Assembly (NCBI GenBank): GCA_029862925.1
Contig: JAOTWJ010000002.1
Coordinates: 6,025 to 70,024 of the forward strand
Length of the DNA: 64,000 nucleotides
DNA from: Gemmatimonadota bacterium
GTDB lineage: Bacteria > Gemmatimonadota > Gemmatimonadetes > Gemmatimonadales > GWC2-71-9
Reading direction: 5' to 3'
Shown piece after piece: positions 38,592-47,847 of the stretch. The notes under the pieces are model-generated. The model was given only the letters and a program-made list of their open reading frames with translations, made no database searches and had not been told where the DNA came from. The first letter of the stretch is position 1. Each line of letters begins with the position of its first letter. A program made the translations under genes and the position numbers.

Positions 38592-40316
38592 CTAGTCCAG
38601 CAGCTCCAGATCGAGCGCATCGGCGACCGCGTCAAGTGCTTGGTCCTTCGCACGATAGGCCTTGAGCCGCTGCGCGCGATCCGTTTGCTGATCGAGCCGC
38701 TGGCCACCGCTCCCGGCGGGGCCCGACGCACCCCCGGCGCGCGCGCGCGCCCCGGCCCGGAACGTCACCCGCGCGGGCGCGCCGAACACGCTGCGCACGG
38801 CGCTTTCGATCTCCCCGCGGTTGCGCTCGAGCCCCTCGAGGTGAACGTCGCCCTCCGTGACTTCGAGGGTGAGTTCACGCCCCGCGCTCTGCGCGGGGAC
38901 CGCGTGGGTGAGCGCGGCGGCCACCATCGGGCGCCGCTGCTCCAGGCTCGCCACCACCTGCGGCCACGCCGCCCGGAGTTCGTCGAGCCCCGGGAGGGCG
39001 TCGGCGGCGGGCGGCGGGGCGCCGGGGGCGGGTGCCGGACCCGCGGGGGCGGGGGTGGGCGCCGCGCGCCCCCCACCGTCGCGCAGCAGCGTCCCACCCC
39101 CGCTGCGTCCCGACCGGGCGCCTGGCCCCGGGGCGGGCGCCGGCGGCGCCGGCGCTGGCCCGGAGGGGTGCCCCAGCGCGTCGAGGACGTCTTCGAGCGC
39201 CACCGTGCGGTCGAGCAGCACGTAGCGCAGCAACAGGGTCTCGACGTAGAGCCGCGCGTTGGGGCTGCGTCGGATGGCCGTCTCGGTCTCCTGCAGCAGA
39301 TGCAGCATGCGCAGGACGTCGCCGCTCGCGAACCGGTCGTGGGCGCGGTCGATGGTCTGCCGCAGCGTCTCCGTGACCCCGTGGGCCTCACCGCCGAGCT
39401 TGCAGATCATCATCGCGCGCAGCGTTTCGCCGAGTCCGTTCACGAACTCCGCGAGGTCCGCCCCGGCTTCCACCAGGCGCGCGACGTAGGGAAACACCCA
39501 CTCGGCCCGGCGCGCCGCCACGGCGTCGAGCAGCTCGGCGTAGAGCTCGTCGTCGATCAGCCCCAGCGCCTCCCGCACCCGACCCGCCGTGACCGGCCCC
39601 TCGCCGAACGTGAGCGCCTGGTCGAGCAAGGACAGTCCGTCGCGCATGCCCCCGGCGGCGACCCGACCGATGAGCACGAGCGCGTCGTCCTCCACCGTGA
39701 CGCCTTCCGCCGTGGCCACCTGCCGGAGCCGGTCGCTCACGGCCTGCGGACCGATGCGGCGGAAATCGAACCGCTGAACGCGGCTCAGGACGGGTGCGGC
39801 CGTGTTGGCGATCTTCTGCGGCTCGGTGGTGGCAAACACGAACACGACGCTGGGCGGCGGCTCTTCGAGGATCTTGAGCAATGCGTTCCACGCCTCGCGC
39901 GTGAGCATGTGCGCTTCGTCGATGATGTACACCTTGAAGCGACCGGGCGCGCTGGCGGCGTACATCGCCCGCTCGCGCAGATCGCGGGCGTCATCCACGC
40001 CGCGGTTGCTGGCCGCGTCGATCTCCACGACGTCGAGATTGGCGGCCCCGGACCAGATGCGGCGGCACGACTCGCAGGTGCCGCACGGCTCTCCGTCGGT
40101 GCCGCCGGCCTCCGCACGGCGCTCGCAGTTGAGCGCCATGGCGAGAATCCGGGCCGCCGTGGTCTTTCCCACCCCGCGCGGCCCCGTGAGCAGATACGCG
40201 TGCGCCACCCGCCCCTTGCCGACAGCCCCGCGGAGCCCGGCGGCGACGTGCCCCTGCGCCACGAGCTCGCCGAAGCGCGTGGGACGGTATTTCCGAGCGA
40301 GTGCGGTATGCGTCAT
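38592..40316 (-). CDS. dnaX: DNA polymerase III subunit gamma/tau
   Basis: The ATG at 40316 begins ALARKYRPTRFGELVAQ. LLTGPRGVGKTT, the CGTCESC zinc module, KVYIIDEAHML and a P/A-rich linker follow. Confidence 0.9.
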   Translation of the reverse strand: MTHTALARKYRPTRFGELVAQGHVAAGLRGAVGKGRVAHAYLLTGPRGVGKTTAARILAMALNCERRAEAGGTDGEPCGTCESCRRIWSGAANLDVVEIDAASNRGVDDARDLRERAMYAASAPGRFKVYIIDEAHMLTREAWNALLKILEEPPPSVVFVFATTEPQKIANTAAPVLSRVQRFDFRRIGPQAVSDRLRQVATAEGVTVEDDALVLIGRVAAGGMRDGLSLLDQALTFGEGPVTAGRVREALGLIDDELYAELLDAVAARRAEWVFPYVARLVEAGADLAEFVNGLGETLRAMMICKLGGEAHGVTETLRQTIDRAHDRFASGDVLRMLHLLQETETAIRRSPNARLYVETLLLRYVLLDRTVALEDVLDALGHPSGPAPAPPAPAPGPGARSGRSGGGTLLRDGGGRAAPTPAPAGPAPAPGAPPPAADALPGLDELRAAWPQVVASLEQRRPMVAAALTHAVPAQSAGRELTLEVTEGDVHLEGLERNRGEIESAVRSVFGAPARVTFRAGARARAGGASGPAGSGGQRLDQQTDRAQRLKAYRAKDQALDAVADALDLELLD

Positions 40317-40329
40317 GGGAGAAGTGAAA

Positions 40330-40430
40330 GTGCCCCAGGCACCCCGAAGCGACACCTGACATCGCTTAGCGCTGCTACCTGCACGGTCCTGACGCGGTTC
40401 GCGCGCACGCGCCCCTCGGACCTGGGGCAC
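40330..40430 (-). ncRNA. ffs: signal recognition particle RNA (small, 4.5S-type)
   Basis: The minus-strand transcript forms a hairpin of about 100 nt, closed by GUGCCCCAGG / CCUGGGGCAC. It contains GUCAGGACC..AGGUAGCAGC, matching the domain IV consensus GUCAGGUCCGGAAGGAAGCAGC. It sits just upstream of dnaX, a known ffs-dnaX-ybaB-recR synteny. The ends are approximate. Confidence 0.75.
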
Positions 40431-40545
40431 GAGAAAGCTACCCTACCCTCCCGCCCATCACCACCCCGCAGACCGTGCGCCCGGGGCCGCATCCCCCGGC
40501 GGCTCCCGACCTCGCTGCCGCGTGGAGGCGGAACCCGGGCGCGCC

Positions 40546-41994
40546 TCACCGATGCCCGCCACCCCGTGACCACGTCCCCGGCATCAGCAGGACGAGCAAC
40601 GTGTAGAACTCCAACCGGCCGAGGAGCATGAGGACGGACAGCACGACCTGCGCCGCCGGTCCCAGGTGGCCGTAGTGCGCGGCGGGCCCGACGTCGGCGA
40701 GGCCCGGCCCGATGCTCGACATGGCCGCGAGCGCGGCGGACGTGGCGGTCAAGAGATCGCTCCCCAGGGCGGCCAGCACGACCGTGCCCAGGGCATGCGT
40801 GGCGACGTACATCCCGAGGAACGCCAGCACGTTGAGCACCACGTCCGACCGGAGCGGAATGCGCCCCAGCCGCGTCACGACGATCGCCTTGGGGTGCAGC
40901 ACCTTGCGGATCTCCCCGCGGGTGTGCTGGGCCACCACTGCCGCCCGCACCATCTTGAAGCCGCCACCGGTGGACCCGCCCATGGCGCCGACGAACATCA
41001 GCCCCAGCAGGAGGACCTGCGCCACCGACGGCCAGCGCGCGAAGTCCGCCGTCGCGAACCCCGTGGTGCTGTGGACCGCCGCGACGTTGAACACCGCGTG
41101 GCGCATGGTCGTGAGCGACCAGTCCCCGGCGTCGAGCGCGACCGCGACGAACACGACCACTGCCACGCCGACCATCGAGCTGAAGTACCAGCGCCACTCG
41201 GGATCCAGGAACCACGCTTTCCACCGCCCCGTGAGCACCTGGTAGTGCAGCGTGAAGTTCACGCCGGCCATGAACATGAAGAGCGCCGTGACCCACTGGA
41301 TCGCCGGCGAGAACGCGGCCAGCGACGCCGTCCGGGTCGAGAATCCGCCGGTGGCCAGCGCGCTCATCGCGTGGTTGATCGCGTCGAACGGCGTCATGCC
41401 CAGCGCGAGATAGACGAACGCCAGCACGACCGACAGCAGGGCGTAGACGACCCACAGCAGCCGCGCCGTCTGGGCGATCCGCGGCGTGAGCCGGTCGGCG
41501 GTGATGCCCGGGACTTCGGCGCGGAACAGCTGGGCCCCGCCCACCCCCAGGTACGGCAGGATCGCCACCCCGAGCACGATGATCCCCATGCCGCCGATCC
41601 AGTGGCTGATGCTGCGCCACAGGAGAATGCTCCGCGGCAGCGGCTCGATCTGCTCGAACACCGTGGCGCCCGTGGTCGTGAACCCGGAGACGGACTCGAA
41701 CAGCGCGGCGGGGAACGAGTCCGTGACGCCCGTGAACACGAACGGCAAGGAGCCCGCCAGGACAATCACGACCCAGCCGAGCCCGACGATCACGATCCCC
41801 TCGCGGGGATTGATGGACACCGGCCGCGGCATCAGCAGCCACAGCCCTCCGCCCACGCCCGCCGTGACGCCGATGGCCCAGAGCCAGGGCCCGAGCAGCG
41901 CCTCCTGCGCCGCGAAGGGCACGCACGGGAGCATCGCGGCCGCCGTCCACGAGACGAGGGCGCCGACGATTCGGAGCACTTCGCCGAGATTCAC
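40546..41994 (-). CDS. trkH: TrkH-family potassium uptake membrane subunit
   Basis: It is multi-TM, with SVSGFTTTGATVF and MSALATGGFS selectivity-filter-like segments. The GTG forms a GTGA overlap with the trkA stop. Confidence 0.85.
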   Translation of the reverse strand: MNLGEVLRIVGALVSWTAAAMLPCVPFAAQEALLGPWLWAIGVTAGVGGGLWLLMPRPVSINPREGIVIVGLGWVVIVLAGSLPFVFTGVTDSFPAALFESVSGFTTTGATVFEQIEPLPRSILLWRSISHWIGGMGIIVLGVAILPYLGVGGAQLFRAEVPGITADRLTPRIAQTARLLWVVYALLSVVLAFVYLALGMTPFDAINHAMSALATGGFSTRTASLAAFSPAIQWVTALFMFMAGVNFTLHYQVLTGRWKAWFLDPEWRWYFSSMVGVAVVVFVAVALDAGDWSLTTMRHAVFNVAAVHSTTGFATADFARWPSVAQVLLLGLMFVGAMGGSTGGGFKMVRAAVVAQHTRGEIRKVLHPKAIVVTRLGRIPLRSDVVLNVLAFLGMYVATHALGTVVLAALGSDLLTATSAALAAMSSIGPGLADVGPAAHYGHLGPAAQVVLSVLMLLGRLEFYTLLVLLMPGTWSRGGGHR

Positions 41995-43337
41995 GAGGGA
42001 AAGAGCTGGACGACCCGCTCCACCGCCCCCGGGAGCGCAAACACGATGGCGGTGTCGCCCGCGCGCAGGGCGTCCCGGCCGCGGGGCACGATCACCGAGC
42101 GGCCCCGGACGATCGCCCCGACGATCACGCCCTCCGCCAACTTCACCTCCGCCAGGGGTACGCCAACCAGCGGGCTCGTCCCAGCCACCGTGAACGACAT
42201 GGCCTCCGCCTCCGTGTCCTTGAGCGTGGCGACCCGCGTTACGCTGCCGCGCCGGACGTAGCGCAAGATGGCGTTGGCCGCGCTCAGCCGCGGGCTCACG
42301 GCGGCGTCGAGCCCGAGGTGGCGCGCGAGCGTCACGTAATCGCTGCGGTTCACCAGCGTGATCACCTGCTTGGCACCGGCATGCCGGGCGACAAGCGACG
42401 AGATGATGTTGGTTTCGTCGGAGTCCGTCAGGGACACGAACGCGTCCATCCCACCGACGCCCTCCAGCTCGAGCAGCTCCAGGTCGGTCACCGTGCCGTT
42501 CAGCACCAGCGTCCGATCGAGCTTCTCGGCCAATTCGTGGGCGCGCGTGCGATCCTCCACGATGGCCACGGCGTTCACCCCGTGCTGCTGCAGCAGCTGC
42601 GCGAGGTAATAGGTCTCCACGCTCCCGCCGGCCAACATGACACGCCGCAGCTCGGACAACTCGTGCCCGGCGAGCTCCAGCGCGTGAGGAATCTCCCGGG
42701 CTGCCGCCACGATGTAGATGTGGTCGCCTGCCCGAATCTCCGTGGCGCCGGTCGGCACGATCGTCGCGCCGTCCCGGGTGATGGCAACGGTGAGCAGCTG
42801 CCGCCCCACCTCGTCGGCGCCGATGGCGGCGAGCGACCGTCCGGCGATCGGCGCCGCCTCCGTCACCATCAGCCCGATCAGCTGCACCGCCCCGCCCGCA
42901 AACACCGCCACATCCGTCGCGGCCGTCGATTGCAGCAGCCGGAACGCCTCGAGTGCCAACTCGCGCTCCGGGTTGATGAGCAGGTCCACGCCAAACAGCT
43001 CCGGCTGGACGCGGGCGCGCTCTTCGTAGAAATCGGGATTGGAGACCCGCGCCACGCGCACGAGTCCCGGACGCTGCTGCGCGGTCATGCAGGAGACCAG
43101 ATTCACTTCGTCCACGCTCGTCACGGCGAGCAGCAGCCCGGCTTCCTTGAGGCCGGCCCGCTCGAGCACGGCGGGGCTCGCGCCGCTGCCCTCCACCACC
43201 GCGACGTCGATGTGGCTCTGCACGTATTCCAGCCGGTGCGCTTCCACGTCCACGACGACCACATCGTGCCGTTCCTTGGCGAGTCGGTCGGCCACGTGGT
43301 AGCCCACCTCGCCGGCGCCGACGACGATCACCCGCAT
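41991..43337 (-). CDS. trkA: Trk system NAD-binding subunit TrkA (tandem RCK, 448 aa)
   Basis: The ATG at 43337 begins MRVIVVGAGEVGYHVA. A second Rossmann motif (VMLAGGSVETYYLA) and two RCK_C-like segments follow. Confidence 0.85.
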   Translation of the reverse strand: MRVIVVGAGEVGYHVADRLAKERHDVVVVDVEAHRLEYVQSHIDVAVVEGSGASPAVLERAGLKEAGLLLAVTSVDEVNLVSCMTAQQRPGLVRVARVSNPDFYEERARVQPELFGVDLLINPERELALEAFRLLQSTAATDVAVFAGGAVQLIGLMVTEAAPIAGRSLAAIGADEVGRQLLTVAITRDGATIVPTGATEIRAGDHIYIVAAAREIPHALELAGHELSELRRVMLAGGSVETYYLAQLLQQHGVNAVAIVEDRTRAHELAEKLDRTLVLNGTVTDLELLELEGVGGMDAFVSLTDSDETNIISSLVARHAGAKQVITLVNRSDYVTLARHLGLDAAVSPRLSAANAILRYVRRGSVTRVATLKDTEAEAMSFTVAGTSPLVGVPLAEVKLAEGVIVGAIVRGRSVIVPRGRDALRAGDTAIVFALPGAVERVVQLFPS

Positions 43338-43341
43338 CGGA

Positions 43342-44010
43342 TCACGTTCTCCCCCCCGACCGTTGGAGCACGCGTCGAATCGTCTCGTCCTTCCCCGCCA
43401 CGATGGCCACGTCGGACTCCCGCAGCCGCCGATCCGGGTCGGGGACCACCTCGAGGGACCCGGCGAGCACGTCCTGGAGCGCGACGATCTGAATGCCGAA
43501 CGTGCTCGGCAGGGCCAGCTCGCGCAATGTCTTGCCCAGCCATCCGTCCGGGATGGCCAGCTCCTGGATCGAGATCCCCGGCGCCAGCGGGACATACTCC
43601 AGGACGCTCTTCGACGTGATGCGATGCGCGAGGCGATCCGCGACCTCGCGTTCCGGGAAGATCGTCTCCCGCACGTCGAACGCGTCCAGCGCGCGCGCGG
43701 CCTCGGGACTCGTGACCTTCACGTAAATGTCCTTCACGCCGAGGTCCCGCAGCGCGAGCGTCGCCAGAATGCTCGTCGCGAGGTCCTCCCCCGTGCTGAT
43801 GATCGCCGCGTCGGCGCTCCCCGCCCCCACCTGGCGCAGGACATCTGGGTCGGTGGCGTCGCCCGCGACCGCGACGGTCACGTAATGCTGGAACCGGTCC
43901 ACGAGATGTGGGCTCCGCTCCACGGCGATGACGTCGTGTCCCTGAGCGTACAGCGACCGTGCCGCCCACCCACCAAAGTGCCCGAGTCCCACCACGACGA
44001 AGCGCTGCAT
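43342..44010 (-). CDS. single-RCK K+ transport regulatory subunit (KtrA/TrkA-like, 222 aa)
   Basis: MQRFVVVGLGHFGGWAA (GxGxxG) is followed by an RCK_C part (ELAIPDGWLGKTLRELALP..IVAL). An AGGAGAG RBS precedes it. Confidence 0.8.
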   Translation of the reverse strand: MQRFVVVGLGHFGGWAARSLYAQGHDVIAVERSPHLVDRFQHYVTVAVAGDATDPDVLRQVGAGSADAAIISTGEDLATSILATLALRDLGVKDIYVKVTSPEAARALDAFDVRETIFPEREVADRLAHRITSKSVLEYVPLAPGISIQELAIPDGWLGKTLRELALPSTFGIQIVALQDVLAGSLEVVPDPDRRLRESDVAIVAGKDETIRRVLQRSGGRT

Positions 44011-44029
44011 GGTCTCTCCTACGGGCGGG

Positions 44030-45418
44030 TTAGCCCACCGCCACGTCTTCGTGCGCGTACCGGAAGTCGCGACGCCGACCCTGCGCCAGCGCCATGGCCG
44101 CCGCCAGACTGAGCGGGCCGACGCGCCCCACGAACATGAGGACGGTAATGATGATCCGGCCGGCGGGCGAGAGCTCGGCCGTCTTGGTCATCGTCAGGCC
44201 GACGGTGCCGAACGCCGAATGCGCTTCGAATATGAGGCGCGCGAAGTCCGCGCGATCGGTCGCCGCGGCCGGCGGTTCACTCAACAGGAGCAAGAAGGTG
44301 GCCGCCGCCAGAATGGCGATCGCGCCCACGACCAGTCCCGCCGCGGCCTGCGTGGTCTCGTCCCGCACCGTGCGGCCGGCCACCGAGACCCGGCGGTCGC
44401 CGCGCAGGCGCGCGATGAGCAGGAGGACCAGCAGCGCGACGCTGGTGGTCTTGATGCCTCCCGCCGTCGAGCCGGGCGACCCGCCGACCAGCATCAGCCC
44501 CACCGTGAGGGCCATGGAGGGGTTCGACACCTGCCCGTAATCCACACTGTTGAAGCCGGCCGTCCGTGGGGTGATCGCCATGAACAGGGCGTTCGTCCAT
44601 CGCGGGATCGGCCCCAGATCGCGCAGCGTGTGCCCGGACTCGAAGCCATAGAAGACGACCGTCGCGCCGACCACGAGGATGGCGCTCGTCACGAGGACGA
44701 GCCGCGTGTGGAGGGTGACACGGCGCACCCGCCGGACGACATAGCGGGCGCGCAAATCCTCGAGCACGACGAAGCCGAGACCGCCCAGCACGACCAGGGC
44801 GCTCACCGACAGGAGCACGGGCATCGAGCCGCGCCAGCCGACGAGCGAGTCGCCGAAGGTCGAGAACCCCGCGTTGCAGAAGGCCGAGATGGCGTGGAAC
44901 ACCGCGTGCCAGACCGCCGGGCCGGCGCCCAGCGGGCCCCGCCAGAGCAGCCACAACCCGACCGCCCCGATCGCCTCGATGCCGAGCGTGAGCGTCACCA
45001 CGGCCCGCAGCAGGCGGCGCGGGTCGCCGAGCTGGGCCGCGACGCCGGTTCCGACCGCCGTCTCGACCTCGAGCGCACTCCGCCGTCCGAGGAACCGGAT
45101 GATCAGGGTCGCAAACGTCAGGATGCCCAGCCCGCCCGCCTGGATCAGGAGCAGCAACCAGAGCTGCCCCCACCGGGTGAAATACGTGGCGGTGTCGACG
45201 ACGATCAGGCCAGTGACGCACACGGCGCTCGCGGCCGTGAAGACCGCGTCGACCAGGCCGAGCCGTGGACCCGTGTACAACCCGGGCAGCACGAGCAATC
45301 CGGCCGCGCCGACGGTGACGAGCGCGGCGAAGGACAACACGAAGAACTGAACGCCGGAGAGCATCCGCCACGGGTCCCGGTGGCCAGCCGGGCGCGCCGC
45401 CGCCGCATCGAATCGCAT
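44030..45418 (-). CDS. TrkH/KtrB-family K+ transporter membrane subunit
   Basis: It is multi-TM, with AVCVTGL, FCNAGFS, TAGFNSV and GSTAGGIKT filter-like repeats. The start is ATG 45418 or the internal ATG 45364. Confidence 0.8.
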   Translation of the reverse strand: MRFDAAAARPAGHRDPWRMLSGVQFFVLSFAALVTVGAAGLLVLPGLYTGPRLGLVDAVFTAASAVCVTGLIVVDTATYFTRWGQLWLLLLIQAGGLGILTFATLIIRFLGRRSALEVETAVGTGVAAQLGDPRRLLRAVVTLTLGIEAIGAVGLWLLWRGPLGAGPAVWHAVFHAISAFCNAGFSTFGDSLVGWRGSMPVLLSVSALVVLGGLGFVVLEDLRARYVVRRVRRVTLHTRLVLVTSAILVVGATVVFYGFESGHTLRDLGPIPRWTNALFMAITPRTAGFNSVDYGQVSNPSMALTVGLMLVGGSPGSTAGGIKTTSVALLVLLLIARLRGDRRVSVAGRTVRDETTQAAAGLVVGAIAILAAATFLLLLSEPPAAATDRADFARLIFEAHSAFGTVGLTMTKTAELSPAGRIIITVLMFVGRVGPLSLAAAMALAQGRRRDFRYAHEDVAVG

Positions 45419-45421
45419 GCG

Positions 45422-46441
45422 CTACGCGAGCACGCGGGCGAGCACGTCGCCGGCTCGCGCGGCGTCGTCCGCGGTCACGTCGAGATGGGTGACCGCCCGC
45501 AGGCGGGTTGGGCCGAAGGGCACCACGAGCACGCCCGCCGCGGCCAGCCGGGGCACGACGTCTTCGGCGCGATCCCGCAGCAGATCGAGCATGACGATGT
45601 TCGTCGCCGGGGCCACGACGCGCACGTGCGGATGGTCCGCGAGTCGCTCGGCGAGCGCCCGCGCCGCCGCATGGTCGTCCCCGATCCGGGGCAGGGTGTG
45701 CTCCAGCGCGTACAGCGCGGCGGCGGCGAGGATCCCCGACTGCCGCATGCCGCCGCCAAGGCGCTTGCGCAGGGTCCACGCCTCGCGCATGTGGTCGCGG
45801 GACCCCGCGAGACATGACCCCACCGGGCAGCCGAGGCCCTTGCTGAAACTCACCATGACGGTGGTGGCCAGCGCGCCGAGCGTGGCTGGCGGGACGCCGA
45901 GCGCCGCAGCGGCGTTCCACAGTCGCGCTCCGTCGAGATGCAGCGGTAGGGCGTGCCCGTCGGCCACCCGGCGAATGGCCGCCAGGGTGGCAACCGGCAT
46001 CACCTGGCCCCCGGCGGCGTTGTGGGTGTTTTCGACCGCGATGCCACAGGTTCGCGGCACGTGCGGGGACGCCGGCCGTATGGCCTGCTCGACGAGCTCC
46101 GCCGTCAGCAGCCCATCCGGCGTGGGGACGGGGCGGGGCTGGACGCCCCACAGGCCCGGGAGGGCCCCCATCTCGTAATGCAACAGGTGGGCGTTCGCCT
46201 CGAGCACGATCTCCTGGCCGCGGCGGGCCTGCAACCCGACCCCGGTCTGATTGGCCTGCGTCCCCGACGGGAAAAACAGGGCCGCCTCGTGCCCCAGCAA
46301 TTCCGCCACGCGGGCCTCGAGCCGGCCGGTGGTGGGATCGCCGTCGAGGACATCGTCCCCGACCTCGGCCTCGGCCATCGCCCGCCGCATCGCGGCCGAC
46401 GGGCGGGTCACCGTATCGCTGCGGAGATCGAGGGGGCTCAC
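45422..46441 (-). CDS. ltaE: low-specificity L-threonine aldolase
   Basis: The GTG at 46441 forms a GTGA overlap with the upstream stop. LDLRSDTVTRP, GTQANQ and VSFSKGLGCPVGS (PLP lysine) are present. Confidence 0.85.
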   Translation of the reverse strand: MSPLDLRSDTVTRPSAAMRRAMAEAEVGDDVLDGDPTTGRLEARVAELLGHEAALFFPSGTQANQTGVGLQARRGQEIVLEANAHLLHYEMGALPGLWGVQPRPVPTPDGLLTAELVEQAIRPASPHVPRTCGIAVENTHNAAGGQVMPVATLAAIRRVADGHALPLHLDGARLWNAAAALGVPPATLGALATTVMVSFSKGLGCPVGSCLAGSRDHMREAWTLRKRLGGGMRQSGILAAAALYALEHTLPRIGDDHAAARALAERLADHPHVRVVAPATNIVMLDLLRDRAEDVVPRLAAAGVLVVPFGPTRLRAVTHLDVTADDAARAGDVLARVLA

Positions 46442-47310
46442 GCGAGCAGCGCGCGCTGCTCGCGCTGGCGGCGCGCCAGATCGTAGGTCTCCGCCACCTC
46501 GCCCCCGGCCACGAAGATGATCGCCGAGGTGTAGACCCACAGCACGAACAGCAGCAGGGCCACGGCGTTCTGATTCGAGATCACCCGGTCGAAGGTCGCG
46601 AACTGGAGGAGATAGAGACCGTAGAGTCGCTTCACGAGCTCGAACCCGAGGGAGGCGAACAGCGCGGCCACGAGCGCCGTGTCCCACGGCACCTTCCGGC
46701 TTGGCGCGACCGTGTACACGATGAAGAACAACAGGGTCGCCATCACGTACGCGGACAGGCCCGCCGCGAATCGACCCACCCAGGGGGCCCGCAGCACGAG
46801 AATGGTCATAGCGGTGTTGGCGGTGATCAGCACGGCGGCGGTGAGGGCGAGCCCGAGATCGATGGCCTTCCCAACGTGCCAGCGACGGGTTTCCTCGGTG
46901 TCGAACACTTCGTTCAGCGCGGCCCGCACGGATCCGAACAGCCGCCACGAGAGCCACACGAAGAAGGGAACGCCGTAAATGGAGAGCTGGGCCCGGCTGC
47001 GGACGACGCTCACCAGCGCGTCTTCGACGGCCGCGAACGGACGGCTGTCATCGGGCGTGGCGGGCAGGAACTGGGCGAGGACGGCGCGGACCTCCGCCCC
47101 GGCCTCCGCGCCCGTCCCGATCACGTAACCGAAGATGGCCAGGGCGACCAGCAGCAGCGGCAGCGTCCAGAGTAGCGCGTCGAACGTGAGGGCGCTCGCC
47201 AGGAACGGGATGTTGTCCTCGTACCCGCCGAGGAACACCCGTCGCAGGAAGCCGAACGGTGAGAACGCCCACCCGCGCGAGGCGGACGGTGGGGCACCTG
47301 AGCCCCGCAC
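46438..47310 (-). CDS. YihY/BrkB-family membrane protein
   Basis: FLASALTFDALLWTLPLLL and several further TM segments are present. The C-terminal part is VYTSAIIFVAGGEVA. Confidence 0.75.
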   Translation of the reverse strand: MRGSGAPPSASRGWAFSPFGFLRRVFLGGYEDNIPFLASALTFDALLWTLPLLLVALAIFGYVIGTGAEAGAEVRAVLAQFLPATPDDSRPFAAVEDALVSVVRSRAQLSIYGVPFFVWLSWRLFGSVRAALNEVFDTEETRRWHVGKAIDLGLALTAAVLITANTAMTILVLRAPWVGRFAAGLSAYVMATLLFFIVYTVAPSRKVPWDTALVAALFASLGFELVKRLYGLYLLQFATFDRVISNQNAVALLLFVLWVYTSAIIFVAGGEVAETYDLARRQREQRALLA

Positions 47311-47315
47311 GGGGG

Positions 47316-47741
47316 CTAGGCGTCCGTCTCGGCGTCCGCGCCAACCTCCTGCCGCTTGCTGCGCGCCTCGGCGAGCCGGCGCTCCAGCTCGTCGCGCGCC
47401 GTCCGGACCGCCGACCGCCCGGCGTCCACCGCGTCCCGCGCCCCCTCGCGCCGCTGATCCAGCGACTGGCGGGCGTGCTGCAGTCCCGCCTCGACGTTCG
47501 CTTTCGTGCGCGCATAGCCGGACTCGACCGCTTCCTTGAGGTCGTCCAGCCGGTCTTCCGCGTCTTCACGCAGCCGATGGGCGCGCGCGCGAATGGCGGC
47601 CCGGGTCTCGTCGCCGGACTGGGGCGCGAACAGCAGCGCGAACGCCGCGCCGACCGCCGCCCCCGCCAGGAACGCGCCGATGCCACCGCCGCCCGATCGC
47701 TCGATCACCACTACGGGCTGCTCTTCGTACCGATGGCCCAT
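47316..47741 (-). CDS. YtxH-domain protein (141 aa)
   Basis: The ATG at 47741 follows a GAGGAGGA RBS. The motif GAFLAGAAVGAAFALLFAPQSGDETR is followed by a long charged helix. Confidence 0.75.
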   Translation of the reverse strand: MGHRYEEQPVVVIERSGGGGIGAFLAGAAVGAAFALLFAPQSGDETRAAIRARAHRLREDAEDRLDDLKEAVESGYARTKANVEAGLQHARQSLDQRREGARDAVDAGRSAVRTARDELERRLAEARSKRQEVGADAETDA

Positions 47742-47847
47742 CTCATCCTCCTCGTCACGACGCGGACCGCGGCTGTCGCCGCCAAGTCCACGATCTGGTG
47801 CACCTCGGGTTCTCCCCCTACGAATGTACGGTACGGCGAAAACGCCG

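Noticed and set aside
38592-40316. A possible programmed frameshift site in dnaX (tau/gamma), and the repetitive P/A-rich stretch around 38950-39200.
   Set aside because: I saw no A-rich slippery heptamer in this GC-rich gene. The P/A-rich stretch is an in-frame low-complexity linker (APAPPAPAPGPG..), not a nucleotide tandem repeat or mobile remnant.
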